A stretch of 64,000 nt of DNA. It comes from Eledone cirrhosa (lineage: Eukaryota). Of this stretch, positions 1 to 15,802 are shown in pieces. The stretch lies in assembly GCA_964016885.1 (NCBI GenBank), contig OZ024743.1, forward strand, positions 233,492,001-233,556,000, in the 5' to 3' direction. The position numbers were made by a program, and so were the translations under genes. The notes beneath the pieces are model-generated. The model saw nothing but the letters and a program-made list of their open reading frames with translations, was not told where the DNA came from and ran no database searches. Each line of letters opens with the position of its first letter. Within the stretch, counting starts at the first letter, position 1.

Positions 1-999
1 AAATCACTATAGATAGGAACCTTACTAATGCTAACTTTCTTGATATTAATCTTGATCTACTTACCGCCTCTTTTAAACCCTATCATAAACCTAATGAAAA
101 TCTTAGGTATATACACAAAGAGTCTTGCCATCCCTCTATAGTTTTTAACAATCTTATTCCTAACATTAGCCGTAGGATTTCTACCTTATCTTCGTCTATA
201 GACATTTTTAATAAAGCCCCGTCCCTTATTATAATAAAGCCCTTAAGAACAGCAGTTTTACAGAAAAAAATTCTTATTTACCTACTCCCCCCCTAAAACT
301 AACCACAATAACAGAAAAAGGAAGATTATTTGGTTTACACCCCCCTTCTCTCTAACTGTCAAAACTAATGTAGGAAGGAAATTCCTTGAACTCTTAGACA
401 AACATTTTCCTCCTAATCATAGATATTAGAAGATATTTAATAGGAACGTAGTTAAGATCAGCTACTCTTGTTTCCCATCTATGAAGTCCAAAATCACCAG
501 TTCAAACCATACGAGAACAAATCCAGGATGCAGTTGCAGGAAGCCGGATGAATGCCCATTGCAGGGTAAATGTAACACCAAATCTGTTGTTTATGAGGCT
601 AAGATAACACCGGTAATCAACAACCAGCCATCCAGGAGTGAGCGATATGTCGGTATGACCCAGGACAGGTTTAAAACCAGATTTTACTCACATGTCGCTT
701 CTTTTAAGCACTCCGATAAACGAACATCAACGGCCCTCGCAAGTAAGGTGTGGGAACTCAAGGATAGTAACATCCCGTACTCTATTGATTGGTCTATATT
801 AGACCATTCGAGGGAGTACCAAAGGGAAACAAAGAATTGTTCTTTGTGTACCACAGAAAAATATAGGATTTTGCTAAACTTGAGAGCCACTTCCGCTTGC
901 CTTAACTCAAACACTGAGATCTTCAGATGCTGTCCTCATCTGAAATCGCATCTGATCTGTAACTGGATTGACACTCCTATGATAAATCAACCGCCTTGA
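1..999 (+). mobile_element. Penelope-like retroelement (Naiad-type), 3' part: RT thumb, linker and GIY-YIG endonuclease; disrupted
   Basis: Frame from 3 reads NFLDINLDL..FKPYHKPNENLRYIHKESCHP, and after a frameshift RKRKIIWFTPPFS..KHFPPNH. ORF 481-999 has a CxC-X5-C-X5-C linker (CSCRKPDECPLQGKC), a VVY...YVG GIY-YIG motif and CSLC. There is a frameshift near 220 and a TAG near 428. Confidence 0.85.
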
Positions 1000-1199
1000 A
1001 CTCCTTCTCTGCTCTTTACTTCTGCTACGGTTTTTTATTTTGCTGAATCTACGTTCTGTACTCTTGTATATATATTTTTTTCTCCCTTACCTCCCCTTAT
1101 ATTTCACCTTTTCCTATGTTTTCCCCGCCCCCATATATTCTTTTTGCCTTGCCCTTCACATACCTATGTGTATGTGTATGTATATTTATGTATATATAC

Positions 1200-3169
1200 C
1201 AACACTTGCACAGACAAAAACACAAGCCAAACCTCAACAAGAAAGAATGGGAAGAATTAAATAGATTAAAAACCGACAGAACCATTACAATTAAAGATGC
1301 CGATAAAGGGAGTACAGTAGTCCTAATGGAGACAGAATTCTATATCAACTTAGCGCTCTCCACTTTGGAAAACGAAACATACTACGAAAAGGCTGAACAC
1401 TACAATCAACAGAAAATTATGAGAAACCTAAAAACTCTAATCAACCAATACAAAGAAGGACTCACTAACAAGGAATTCAGCTTCATCACAGACTTCACAA
1501 GCAAATCCAGCCTCTTCTACGGTATCCCTAAAGTACATAAAAGCGAATCAATAAGTAAGGCATGCAAGGAAGCCACAGACATAGTCATCAATGTCCCCTC
1601 ACCCAATGATCTCAAATTAAGACCTATAATAGCAGGCCCCGCTTGCGAAACGCACCGTCTTAGCAACTTCATTGATACCCTTCTCAAACCCTTCCCCAAA
1701 CACATCAAAAGCTATATAAGGGACGATCTAGATATGCTCAATCACCTCCCTAATATGCCACTTTCTGAACAAACCCTACTAGGGACGTTCGATGTAGTCA
1801 ACCTATACTCCAACATCCCCCACAACCTAGGAATAGAAGCTATCCAATTCTGGCTGGATAATTTCCACAATGAACTCCCACAACGCATCAAAAAAGAATT
1901 CGTGATAGGGACTCAAATTTATCTTGGAGAACAATTACTTCGTTTTCAATAACAAATCCTACAGGCAGAAATCTGGGACCGCTATGGGAACGAAAACAGC
2001 CCCCACTTATGCCAACCTAGTCATGGGATACCTGGAAATCACCCTCTACACTAAAGTCCTAAACAAATTTGGAAACACCCCCCACTTACACATTGAAAGG
2101 AACTGGAAGCGATATCTAGATGACTGCTTCATCCTTTGGCACGAAAACATCGAAAAACTTAAAGAATTTCACACCCTTATAAATGGGCTCAACACGAATA
2201 TTAACTTCACGATGGAATACAGCCATCAACAACTCCCCTTCCTCGACATCCTCATTAAGATCCATAACAAAAAAAATAGAAACAGACATATACTACAAGC
2301 CCACAGACTCCAAGCAATATCTCCCCTTCAACTCTTGCCACCCTAGACACGTTAAAATTAATATTCCCTACAACTTAGCCAAGAGAATCTGTACTATAGT
2401 CTCCAATAAAAACATCTGCTACTTACGGCTACAAGAACTAAAGGACACACTCATAGGCAGGGACTACCCTGCATCACTAATTGACAATGGAATCCAACGT
2501 GCCCTAAAACTCAGTACCCAGGACCTTAGACACCCTAAAGTAAATCAACCGAAACTAAAAGCTCTTCCATACATCTCCACACACAACCCTCTCAACAATG
2601 AGGCCTTTGACACCATCCTCCAGAACATCCCTGTGTTGAAAAAGGACCATAGAATGAACCAAATTCTACGAACACACGATATCATAAAGAGCAAAAGACA
2701 ATCCAAGTCAATGAAAAACATCCTAACACATGCCAAAGTACTGCCAACCACAACAACGAAACCCACAGTAAAAAAATGCGATAGACCGAACTGTGGCATT
2801 TGCATCAACCTAATAGAGGGTTCGGAATTCTATTTCAAAGATGGACAACGTTTTATAGTAAAACACAATTTCACATGTGCATCGAAAAATCTAATATATG
2901 TATTAACTTGCTCAGGTTGTCGAGAACAATACATAGGCCAGACCAAAAACAGCCTCCGCCAACGCATGACTGTCCATAGATCCCAAATTAAAATACGGGA
3001 ATACAGGAAAATACCACTGAGTGAACACATTAATACCTGTGCCGCCCAAAATCATCCCAACTTCAGAATCTTTCCCCTCTACAAATTTAAAGATAATGCC
3101 ACCCAGCGCATCAGCAAGGAATCTTACTTCATTAACAAATACAGACCCCGTCTAAACACTTCTCCCTAA
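1200..3169 (+). pseudogene. RT + GIY-YIG polyprotein of the Neptune-type PLE, split by two frameshifts
   Basis: ORFs 1116-1952, 1924-2346 and 2183-3169 give consecutive domains. The shifts are near 1910 and in the poly-A run near 2270. Confidence 0.85.
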
Positions 3170-3289
3170 GACGAACCCACAACATACACACGTTAACATA
3201 CATACCTACATCAGCACACATCTCCACCCACATATAAACACAATGACATATGTAAACACACATGCTCTATGGTGCAACAAAGTAAAATA

Positions 3290-3305
3290 TATGTGTATAT
3301 ATATG

Positions 3306-3401
<96 letters not shown>

Positions 3402-3425
3402 ATATATGTATGTGTATATATATGT
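3290..3425. repeat. (TA)n microsatellite
   Basis: Direct reading. Confidence 0.95.
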
Positions 3426-3751
3426 AGTGAATATCATTTCACACCTTTTATTGTTAAGATTTTTGATGTTCTATTAAGAGAACCGATTTTACTGAAAAAA
3501 TCGAATAATGTACACCATTTTACCAGGGGGATAAAAAATACTGGTCCACCCACACACACACACACACACATATATACACACACACATACACAGGCGTACA
3601 TTAACATACAAAGAGACTTATACACACACACACACACGCACAACTCCGTATAAGACAAAAGCTGAAAAATATCTTTTGACATGCTTAAATACCCCCCATT
3701 GCTTTCAGACACATTCTTACTGACCATCCCTGCTACCACGAATTACTCTGC

Positions 3752-3810
<59 letters not shown>

Positions 3811-3917
3811 ATCTTAATAGCCATTTGACACACATCCCTGCTAACCATTATCACAACATCGAACACCTTACTACTACTACACACACACATATTTGTTGTG
3901 AAAGAGTCATTTCTCAA

Positions 3918-4162
3918 TCTTGGCGCAAAACCAATTTTTTATTCACATGACCTCTACCGACCAATCAAAATTGTTTTGACCACAAGAATTTTTGCAAACA
4001 CCAAATAGCGTTGGAGCCACTTTTTTAACATAAAAACAGTCTTGGCGCAAAATCAATTTTTTACATTCACATGACCTCTACCGACCAATCAAAATTGTTT
4101 TGACCACAAGAATTTTTGCAACACCAAAGTAACGCTGAAGCCACTTTTTTAACATAAAAACA
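3918..4162 (+). repeat. ~122-bp tandem duplication in the PLE 3' UTR
   Basis: tcttggcgcaaaa...aacataaaaacag occurs twice (3918-4039 and 4040-4162). Confidence 0.9.
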
Positions 4163-4224
4163 GGTAGAATTCCCAAAACTAATCAGATCAGAGCAAACAA
4201 CACGGACACTCTATCTCAAAATTA

Positions 4225-4261
4225 TTTTTGAAAAGCATTTAGAAATGCGCAACCGGTAAAA
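4225..4261 (+). ncRNA. Degenerate minimal type I hammerhead motif in the Neptune pLTR
   Basis: TTT-TTGAAAA-GCATTT/ag/AAATGC-GCAA-CCGG-TA-AAA. It has a U3-A8 core, a perfect stem II and a palindromic stem III, but GAAA is mutated to GCAA and stem I is weak. Confidence 0.4.
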
Positions 4262-4380
4262 ACTTAAAAACTTAAAACCACAACTGAATACTAACCCATA
4301 CAATCACTAATACTCTTTTATTCCTAATTAAACCATTTTTCAACTGTGAACAATTTGTCAGCATTTTCTATTCGGTTTAT

Positions 4381-4855
<475 letters not shown>

Positions 4856-4983
4856 AAAGTTTTATTTAAGATTGTTGGGTTACAACGAGTAAATATTTTA
4901 TAACTGATATAAAAGCACTCAACAGTTTCTGGAGTAGGTTTACGATATTAAACAAATGGAAACTATATTTATAAAACCATATT

Positions 4984-5049
4984 TATTTCGTTATATATAT
5001 TTCTGGGATATCATATTAAAAATATGGTATGCCTTCCTCAGACAAAATA
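4984..5049 (-). ncRNA. Type I hammerhead ribozyme (family C)
   Basis: Minus strand reads TATTTTGT-CTGAGGA-[stem II including CATATT/AATATG]-GAAA-TATATA-TA-ACGAAATA. Stem I is 8 bp with one GU. The motif and its flank are homologous to 37734-37793. Confidence 0.75.
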
Positions 5050-6377
5050 CAATACATAAGCTGTTTTATAAATAATTGGTGACATACCTTGTAATAATGC
5101 AACTTCCTTTTAAAAAGTTGATTTTGTAGTGAAACTGTTATGATAGTTATATAGAAAGAAAACGAAGATGAGAAGAAGAAGATGAAGAGATGTATGTAAA
5201 TAAAAAAAGAAGAAGATGAAGAGATGTATGTAAAGAAAAAAGAAAAAAGAGATGTATGTAAAGAAAAACAACGGAGCGAGACAAAGAGACAAGGAGAGAG
5301 AGAAATACATTGATGGTGAAAAACATAGTAGGCTGCTTTTTGACAGATGATCATCGTATATGTGAGAGGTTAAGGGAAGGGATACAGTTAAATTAGTGTA
5401 TAGGAGAAAAAGAAAGAAAGATGATATATTTAAAATATAATTCAATCTATGCATGCACAGATGGGCAATCATATGGATCATTTTGCATATATGTACGCTG
5501 TGTTTTTGCATTTATTCACTATTGGTTCTGTTCTTTTCTTTTGTGTACTTTATGTCTGTTTTTCTTTGATTTTTGTTCCATGTGATGGAATTAAAACTGT
5601 GTACCAGATTCACTAATGCCTGGAGCCCTGTAGTTATAATGTACGGCACTGTCGTTCAATATGTAGATAGAGTAACTGTGACACTAGAATCCCTCTCAGA
5701 ACATATTACTTAAACATCTCTCTCCATATTATTTACTCACTTCAGTCTATATTTTTACTCACCTCAATCCGAATTATCACCTGAAAAGAATTTTTTTAAT
5801 TCTTTAATTTCTAATTGTTAATTTCTTAATTGTTTAATTTATAATTTCTGATATTTGATTTAGGATTTTAATTTTTATTTCCAACTCTCACTCTTAACTT
5901 CCAACGTAAAACCATGATACCTAGAATAAGTTTATTTTCCCTTATAAGGTGATGGTCAGTCGTACCGTCAACGCTTAGTGAGGGGTAGTATTATGACCTG
6001 TAAAAGTAACACTCTCCCATCCCCTCTGGTTCTCGGCTGACTGTCACAGCCGTGATGGGTAGCAGTAAAATATGGTACAGGCATTGGTGGGCCATTGTTT
6101 TGGATGACAGGGTGAACTGACTAAGCAAATTTCGTTGAAGTCTGCGGTGGCGAATGGTCAACTTCCTTCGGACATTCGCTTGCGCAGGCCGGTGGGGGTG
6201 AATTGGTACTCACAAGGGAGCGGATGAAAAACCCCAAAACACGCAATTCATCCGTTTCCTTGTCGATCCCAATTTGGATTGCCTCGGAAACATAACCTTA
6301 TTATGTAACAAGCTGTCTGATAATGACACGACACTCGCACACAGAACAGTGTGGCCAGTGTCGTCACTAAAATATAT

Positions 6378-6557
6378 TTGGCAGTATCGGTAGAGGGTCA
6401 GACATGCTTTCTAGCATAGTTACGTCCCTTTACGATCTGAGTTCAAATCCCGCCGAGGTTAACTTTGCCTTTCATCCTTACGAGGTCGATAAAATAAAGT
6501 ACCAGTAATATACTAGATAATTGCTGGCCTTGTGCCAAAAAGTAGAAACAATTATTA
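6378..6557 (+). mobile_element. tRNA-derived SINE (octopus-type)
   Basis: A-box-like TGGCAGTATCGG, B-box GAGTTCAAATCC, body TTTGCCTTTCATCCT..GGTCGATAAAATAAAGTACCAG and tail GGCCTTGTGCC..AGAAACAATTATTA. The same family occurs many times in the window. Confidence 0.85.
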
Positions 6558-7046
6558 GTAAAGGACTTGAACATCTGAAACTACTTCGCTTTTCCTTATT
6601 CTATATATATATAAATATGTATATATTACTTATACCTCTCAAAAGGGTCTCATTATAATTCCGTCCCACCTAGTATATTTTTAACCTAGAAGTACCAGTG
6701 AGAGACTTAGGTCGTAGTAACCAGAAATTGTTTATTTTTTTTTTTTTACATTTAATTGCTTTTTAACACTCTCAGTATTTTTCTATATATTTTACCCCTT
6801 ATTGTTCTACTTTTTGTTTCGACTTCCTCCCCCTCCCCCTCCCTAGTATCTTCTTTGACCTCATGCCCAGCTGTAGTCGGCACTATCAACGCATGTATGG
6901 GTCTCCTCCACCACCTCTCCCTCTTTCTCCTACTGGCAGGTTTAGCTACCCCTTCCCTCCACAAATTGCCATCATAGAATTATTATGTCTCAACAACAAA
7001 CTTTTGACCACTCCTTGTGACAATCACTTTGACCATATATAGAATT

Positions 7047-7142
7047 ACCCCTTGAGAAGCTCGGCTATTCAAATACCAGGTTAAAAATGTTCATTTAGTC
7101 CAGAATTAGCCGTCGAAACGGCTTGAGCTCAGCCGTCGGGGT
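7047..7142 (+). ncRNA. Type I hammerhead ribozyme with U3-A8 core (family A)
   Basis: ACCCC-TTGAGAA-[stem II CGGCTA.TTC...GAA.TAGCCG with ~30-nt loop]-GAAA-CGGCT(tgagctc)AGCCG-TC-GGGGT. The cleavage triplet GUC is at 7135-7137. Confidence 0.72.
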
Positions 7143-7234
7143 CCTACTCGTTCCTATTAACCACTCTACTACCCTAAGTATTGAGTACTTTGGTGCGTTA
7201 TGGTCCACCTGGTTCCTTACCACATTTCCTCCGT

Positions 7235-8152
<918 letters not shown>

Positions 8153-8164
8153 TAAATTAATAAA

Positions 8165-8340
8165 ATAATGAATAAACAAAGAAACAGTTCCTTATATTAA
8201 AAACATTCATCAATTTTACGATCGTTTCTTAGGATATATATGTGTTAGAGTTGGTATGCATATTCTATAGATCTATGTACAATATTTATACAAACTATCA
8301 GAGGGAATATACGATACCTACACATATATATGCTGTCTTC
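8165..8340 (-). mobile_element. Truncated pLTR fragment homologous to 26340-26516, with an incomplete hammerhead
   Basis: Shares cttatattaaaaa..ttcatca..tttacgatcgtttct..tatcagagg.aatatac with the Naiad pLTR. The core is cut after (GA)AGA and the 5' arm of stem I is missing. Confidence 0.75.
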
Positions 8341-8347
8341 TATCTAC

Positions 8348-10296
<1,949 letters not shown>

Positions 10297-10304
10297 GTGT
10301 TAAA

Positions 10305-10380
10305 CGAGTGTGACTTTTTAGTCCAGCCAGCGACTTGACAACTCTGGTACAAACATTACACTTGTGACAATTATTGACAC
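10305..10380 (-). mobile_element. LINE ORF2 C-terminal C2H2-like remnant
   Basis: [19 protein letters not shown] resembles the CxxC..KS.AGL.SH tail seen at 33500-33555. Confidence 0.4.
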
Positions 10381-10403
10381 ATATAGTGCACATATGTATA
10401 TAT

Positions 10404-11229
10404 ATCTATTATTTCTTCATAGGTGCCTTATAATCTTATAGCCTGGTTGAATTGTTTTTTTTGTGTGGTTGATTATGCTGATTGGGAGAGGAAATGGTGT
10501 ATATATCTTATCAAATGATTCTATAGACATACTTTATAGTATATTGCTCTGATTATTTAATTAATTAATTCATCATTGAGCCACATCGTGAATGGTTGCC
10601 CAAAACATATATATATCTATATCTATGACTTTGTCTAGTTTGTGTATATGTAAATCTTTATATTTGATAATCTCCCATAAGGTTGAGATACAATTTAGGA
10701 AATATTAGGCTGCGCTTTCTAGCAACCATCCCACTTACTGTAAGGCACCAATCACATTCTTTATGACTTGACCACTGCCACATCACAGTTCTTAGCCATT
10801 TTGAATTCGTTTCTGGCGGGGATCATTTAAGAAAAATCTTCGTCCAAGTGAGTTTGTTCCCTGATGATTTCGAAGCTCGAGATTTATCCTTGATCGGATA
10901 TTTCCAAAAGCGAATGAAATGCCAAGGGGTAGAAACGTAATCCTGGTATGTTTATATACATTTTTTTTTCTAACTTTAATTTTATACCTAATTGTGTATG
11001 GTTGACGATATATTTAATCGAATTCCACGTGCTATTGAAATGCTGGGTAAATATTCTATAGCTGTTGATCGCGAATAGATGGCTGTCATTTATTTATCTA
11101 TTATTTCTTCATAGGTGCCTTTTAATCTTATAGCCTGGTTTAATTGTTTTTTTGTGTGGTTGGTTATGGTGATTGGGAGAGGAAATGGTGTATATATTTT
11201 ATCAAATGATTCTATGGACATACTTTATA

Positions 11230-11235
<6 letters not shown>
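10404..11235 (+). repeat. ~140-bp direct repeat pair (10404-10544 and 11096-11235)
   Basis: atctattatttcttcataggtgcct...actttatagtatat occurs twice with few substitutions. Confidence 0.9.
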
Positions 11236-11266
<31 letters not shown>

Positions 11267-11543
11267 CTTTATATATACATATAGCTGTGTGTGTGTGTGT
11301 GTGTGTCTGATGGTAGCTAAGATGCTTCCTTAGGCGGTATGCCGGTTGAACACTCTATGCTCTTACACACCAGAGTATGATATAATCAGAGTATGTTAAA
11401 TTTGAGTTCAGATGCATCACCGATTTTTCGTTTTATATTATATATATATGGGATAACAAGTTAGGGTGATCCGTTAGAGGTTGTTATAATTCACTTGATT
11501 CTCCGATGTATCTATAAATACCAATGCTATGTGTTACAGCCTC

Positions 11544-11658
11544 CAGTATTCTGATGATTTGATCAGAGACGCACACAGTATTCAAGGTCGATAGATGCAG
11601 CTTCGAGTGATTAGCGTCCTTTAGACTCACCTGATCAATGAAATAATTGTTAATACTG
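11544..11658 (+). ncRNA. Type I hammerhead ribozyme with extended stem II (family D)
   Basis: CAGTATT-CTGATGA-T[TTGATCAG...~64 nt...CTGATCAA]T-GAAA-TAATTG-TT-AATACTG. Stem I is a perfect 7 bp, stem II is 8 bp and stem III is near-palindromic. Confidence 0.75.
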
Positions 11659-11712
11659 TAAATAAAACCCTTTTTGTACAGCCGACCATGTTATTCTTCA
11701 CTCTTTCACTAC

Positions 11713-11860
<148 letters not shown>

Positions 11861-12101
11861 AAACATACATATGGCTGAATTCCATACTGTTCTGTTTACA
11901 TAATTATACTCACAAGTTATTGGTCAACCAAAAGATACAGTAGAAGACACTTGTAGAAAAATGCACACAATGTAATTAGACCCAGAACCATTTACACACA
12001 CAAATACATGCACATGGACAAATACACGCATACACAAACACTCATATACATGTATATGAAAATTAATACATACTTAATCATTTATCCATCTTTTATTTCA
12101 G

Positions 12102-12237
12102 TTACTATTTCCTGGTGGTTTCCAGTGACCAATGGTTGTGTAATGAAAGCATTAGAGGAATTTCAAAGTTGTACAGCTGGTTTAATTAAGCCAAAGAAGG
12201 CAGACTCGACAAAAGAGGAATTCGATATTTTTTGCAA
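12102..12237 (+). CDS. Gene A internal exon (end of putative signal peptide, first cysteines)
   Basis: ttttatttcag acceptor and gtaatt donor; 136 bp, phase 1 to 2. Reads TISWWFPVTNGCVMKALEEFQSCTAGLIKPKKADSTKEEFDIFC. Same length and Cys spacing as 36565-36700. Confidence 0.8.
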
Positions 12238-12339
12238 GTAATTTGAATAATCACTTAATCACTTGTCATTACGTTATAAATTTTGAAGTCTTATATTTAT
12301 GTTAAAACTCAATACATATATATATCATTATCTATAAAA

Positions 12340-12488
12340 TGCTTTCTAGCATAGTTATGTCCCTTTACATTCTGAGTTCAAATCCCGCCGAGGTTAACTT
12401 TGCCTTTCATCCTTATGGGGTCGATAAAATAAAGTACCAGTAACGTACTGAGTAATTGCTGGCCTTGTGCCAAAAGTAGAAACAATTA
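12340..12488 (+). mobile_element. 5'-truncated SINE with 13-bp TSD
   Basis: SINE body as at 6378, flanked by ATTATCTATAAAA at 12327-12339 and 12485-12497. Confidence 0.85.
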
Positions 12489-13014
12489 TCTATAAAAGGC
12501 AGATTGTTGTTGTGTGTGGGCATGTTCCATGTTTATACATTTGCACAATTTCAAACCGATTCGACTCAACGTCTGTAAGAATGTTGTAAATGGTCTAACT
12601 TAGGTCAACGACTATTTATTTCGTTCAAACTCACCTACATTTACGGAAATAATCGATAAAACTAAATACATGATACTTTAACCCTCTAATACAATCTGAT
12701 ATCCTCTCTCTACTTCCCTTACAATTCGATAAAACTACATACATGCAACTTTCTCTTATACGCTTAAACTTACAAACTTCTTTTAGGAACGCCGAAGAAA
12801 GAAGAGAGAAAGAAACGAAGGAGAGAGAGCGAGAACGTTTGTTTTTGAGTGTGGAACGGTCAAAATATTATTTACTTCCATGACAACAATTATTCATAAG
12901 CAACAGATAAATTTATTCAACAACCAAAAAAATAGCGATAAATCTTTTTTAAAACATCTCTCAACGAACGTGGAAGAAAGAAGTATCAGTTTATTTACTA
13001 TACACAATAATATC

Positions 13015-13197
13015 CTCTATGAGGTCACTAAACCTGCTAGAAACAGCAGCTAACTCTTCCCCATATCACACCCCTCCCTACTGTCTTAAATTTAGAAAAC
13101 ACATATACTCTATGAGGTCACTAAACCTGCTAGAAACAACAGCTAACTCTCCCCCATACCACACCCCTCCCTATTGTCTTAAATTTAGAAAACACAC
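13015..13197 (+). repeat. 93-bp tandem duplication
   Basis: ctctatgaggtcactaaacctgctagaaac...agaaaacaca occurs twice. Confidence 0.9.
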
Positions 13198-13522
13198 ATT
13201 AGACAACCATGCAGAACAACTCCATCGCAGCTCTGTTGTTCGGCTGGCATCGTCTATGTGCGTGTTACGCAAGTACTGTGAAACAATAAATTTCAACACT
13301 TCTTTGCACAGAGAAAATATCCATAGGCGAAACTACAATTGTCACTGCTGGAGCAGCTCCTGCTTCGGCAGTCCAGGTCTGCAATTCATTCACCAAGTGC
13401 CTGGCAGACAAAAAAGTGCTGCCATAAAATGGGTGGTGCAACCTAACTTTCGTAACTTACTGACCCCGAGCAACGCCGGGCTTTAATGCTAGTTATATAT
13501 ATAGCTTATCTCCACTTATTAT

Positions 13523-13706
13523 TAATTGTTTCTACTTTTGGCACAAGGCCAGCAATTAACCAGTACATTACTGGTACTTTATTTTATCGACCCCGTAAGG
13601 ATGAAAGGCAAAGTTAACCTCGGCGGGATTTGAACTCAGAATGGCAAGGGCAGTAACTCTATGCGTCAAAGCATGGCGTCCAACTCTCTACCGATACTGC
13701 CAATTC
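13523..13706 (-). mobile_element. tRNA-derived SINE
   Basis: Reverse complement of the 6378 family. Confidence 0.85.
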
Positions 13707-13799
13707 ACTGAAAGCTGTTCAATGTGCTTGAGTAGCAGAGGTGTGACATGGCAACAAAGCTAAAATCTGTTTGTTGGTGGACCATGGAAGTTGCATTTT

Positions 13800-14340
13800 A
13801 ATCAATCCCTAACAGATGATGCTTGCATGCTTTGATGGATATGTGATAGTAATATACACGAACGGCAAAACGTAAATGAACTGAGAGAGAAATTAGGCTT
13901 AAGAGGGATCAGATGCAGTATGCTAGAGAATAGATTGTGTTGGTATGGTGATATGATGCATATGAAGGGTGACATCTGTAAAAGAATGTGCAGGGCAATC
14001 AAAGTTGATAGAAGCTATGAAGTAGGAAGACCTGGTATGAGGTGATAAAAGCTGACATCAAAGACAATGATACAGGATCAAAATGTTGGCATTATGCAGT
14101 AATACATACAATCTTAACCACTATACCTCCTTCCATACATCTCCCATGCCCCAACAAAGCATCCAGCACATACTGTAAATCTGATTGGCGTTAGGAAGGA
14201 CATCCAACCATAGAAATCTAGCCAGAAACAGTTCTATATGAGTAAGACATAGTCACCTGATCTGACTTGCCTCTAATGGAAAAACCCATCTAACTCATGC
14301 TAGCGTGGAAAATGGACGTTAAATGGTGATGATGATGATG
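13800..14340 (+). mobile_element. RTE-like LINE 3' ORF fragment followed by a SINE/LINE tail ending in (GAT)n
   Basis: Reads LREKLGLRGIRCSMLENRLCWYGDMMHM; the tail is tggcgttaggaaggacatcc...ggacgttaaatggtgatgatgatg. Confidence 0.65.
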
Positions 14341-14440
14341 TATATATATAATATATACATTTATTATATAGCAAAACAACAACAGGAAGAGCCACTCCTA
14401 AATTTCCACACAGTAGCGGATTTATTCAATGACAAAATTT

Positions 14441-15199
<759 letters not shown>

Positions 15200-15659
15200 C
15201 CCTATTAAAAATGGCTTTGCTAGAAGAGAGGTTGGATACCCTCTTGCTGATGTAGTGGGGACAGGGTGACTAGAGTCCTTATGAATGAACTTAAGATTTT
15301 CACTGGGTTTATCGAATAGTCTGTTTGTGCATGGACTTAGATCTAAATTAATGTCTAGGAAGTTAAAGTTTGGTAGAAGACACGTTTAGTAGATTAAATT
15401 GACTTCAATGTGTTGCTAATACTTAAATTAATGACATCTAAATGATGTTTCGAAATACGTTGTCTGCAGTGGGGAATACTTGAAGCTTTATATTTTCTAC
15501 CTGTACTTTTTCTCACGGCAAATATTACAAATTGTATAATTTGGTTGATCATTTGTCTCTCTGGTGTTTTTCTTAATGCTAACACAGATCATGCATACAT
15601 GAAACTAGAAATCAAATCAAGTCACATGCATTTCAGTCTAACTTTAAATCTGTTTCTAG

Positions 15660-15802
15660 TACGGATGGAATTCAAAAGAAAACATTGACTACTTGCATAA
15701 AAGATTTTACTGCGTGCAATGAAATTAAGGAATTCATGGAATTATACGGAATCAATCTCAATTTAATGGTTGCCACAGAGAAATTGTGTAAAAATAGGGA
15801 TG
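15660..15802 (+). CDS. Gene A internal exon
   Basis: tctaac branch-like motif, tgtttctag acceptor and gtaaga donor; 143 bp, phase 2 to 1. Reads TDGIQKKTLTTCIKDFTACNEIKEFMELYGINLNLMVATEKLCKNRD. Paralogous to 38041-38192. Confidence 0.82.

Larger units (their letters stand above)
1200..4380 (+). mobile_element. Penelope-like retroelement (Neptune-type), 5'-truncated, with 3' UTR/pLTR
   Basis: RT motifs IKDADKG, FYGIPKVHK, LRPIIAG, FDVVNLYSNIP, GTAMGT and RYLDD are present, followed by a linker CDRPNCGIC and a GIY-YIG domain (LIY..CSGC..YIG..H..H..LN). Non-coding 3' sequence runs up to the (TA)n tract at 4383. Confidence 0.88.
12325..13492 (+). mobile_element. Non-autonomous Helitron-like element
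   Basis: 5' A|TCATTATCTATAAAAGGCAG; 3' hairpin CCCGAGCAACGCCGGG followed by CTAG|T; no TSD. Contains a SINE and a 93-bp tandem duplication. Confidence 0.55.

Noticed and set aside
1-999. Selenocysteine-encoding Naiad (known in some Naiads)
   Set aside because: The linker cysteines use TGC/TGT codons and the internal stop seen is TAG, not TGA at a Cys position.
6115-6165. HDV-like ribozyme around GGCGAATGGTCA
   Set aside because: A P2 pairing is possible but the L3 motif and P1 partner are missing.
6378-6460. tRNA genes
   Set aside because: The A/B boxes belong to SINE heads; there is no cloverleaf.
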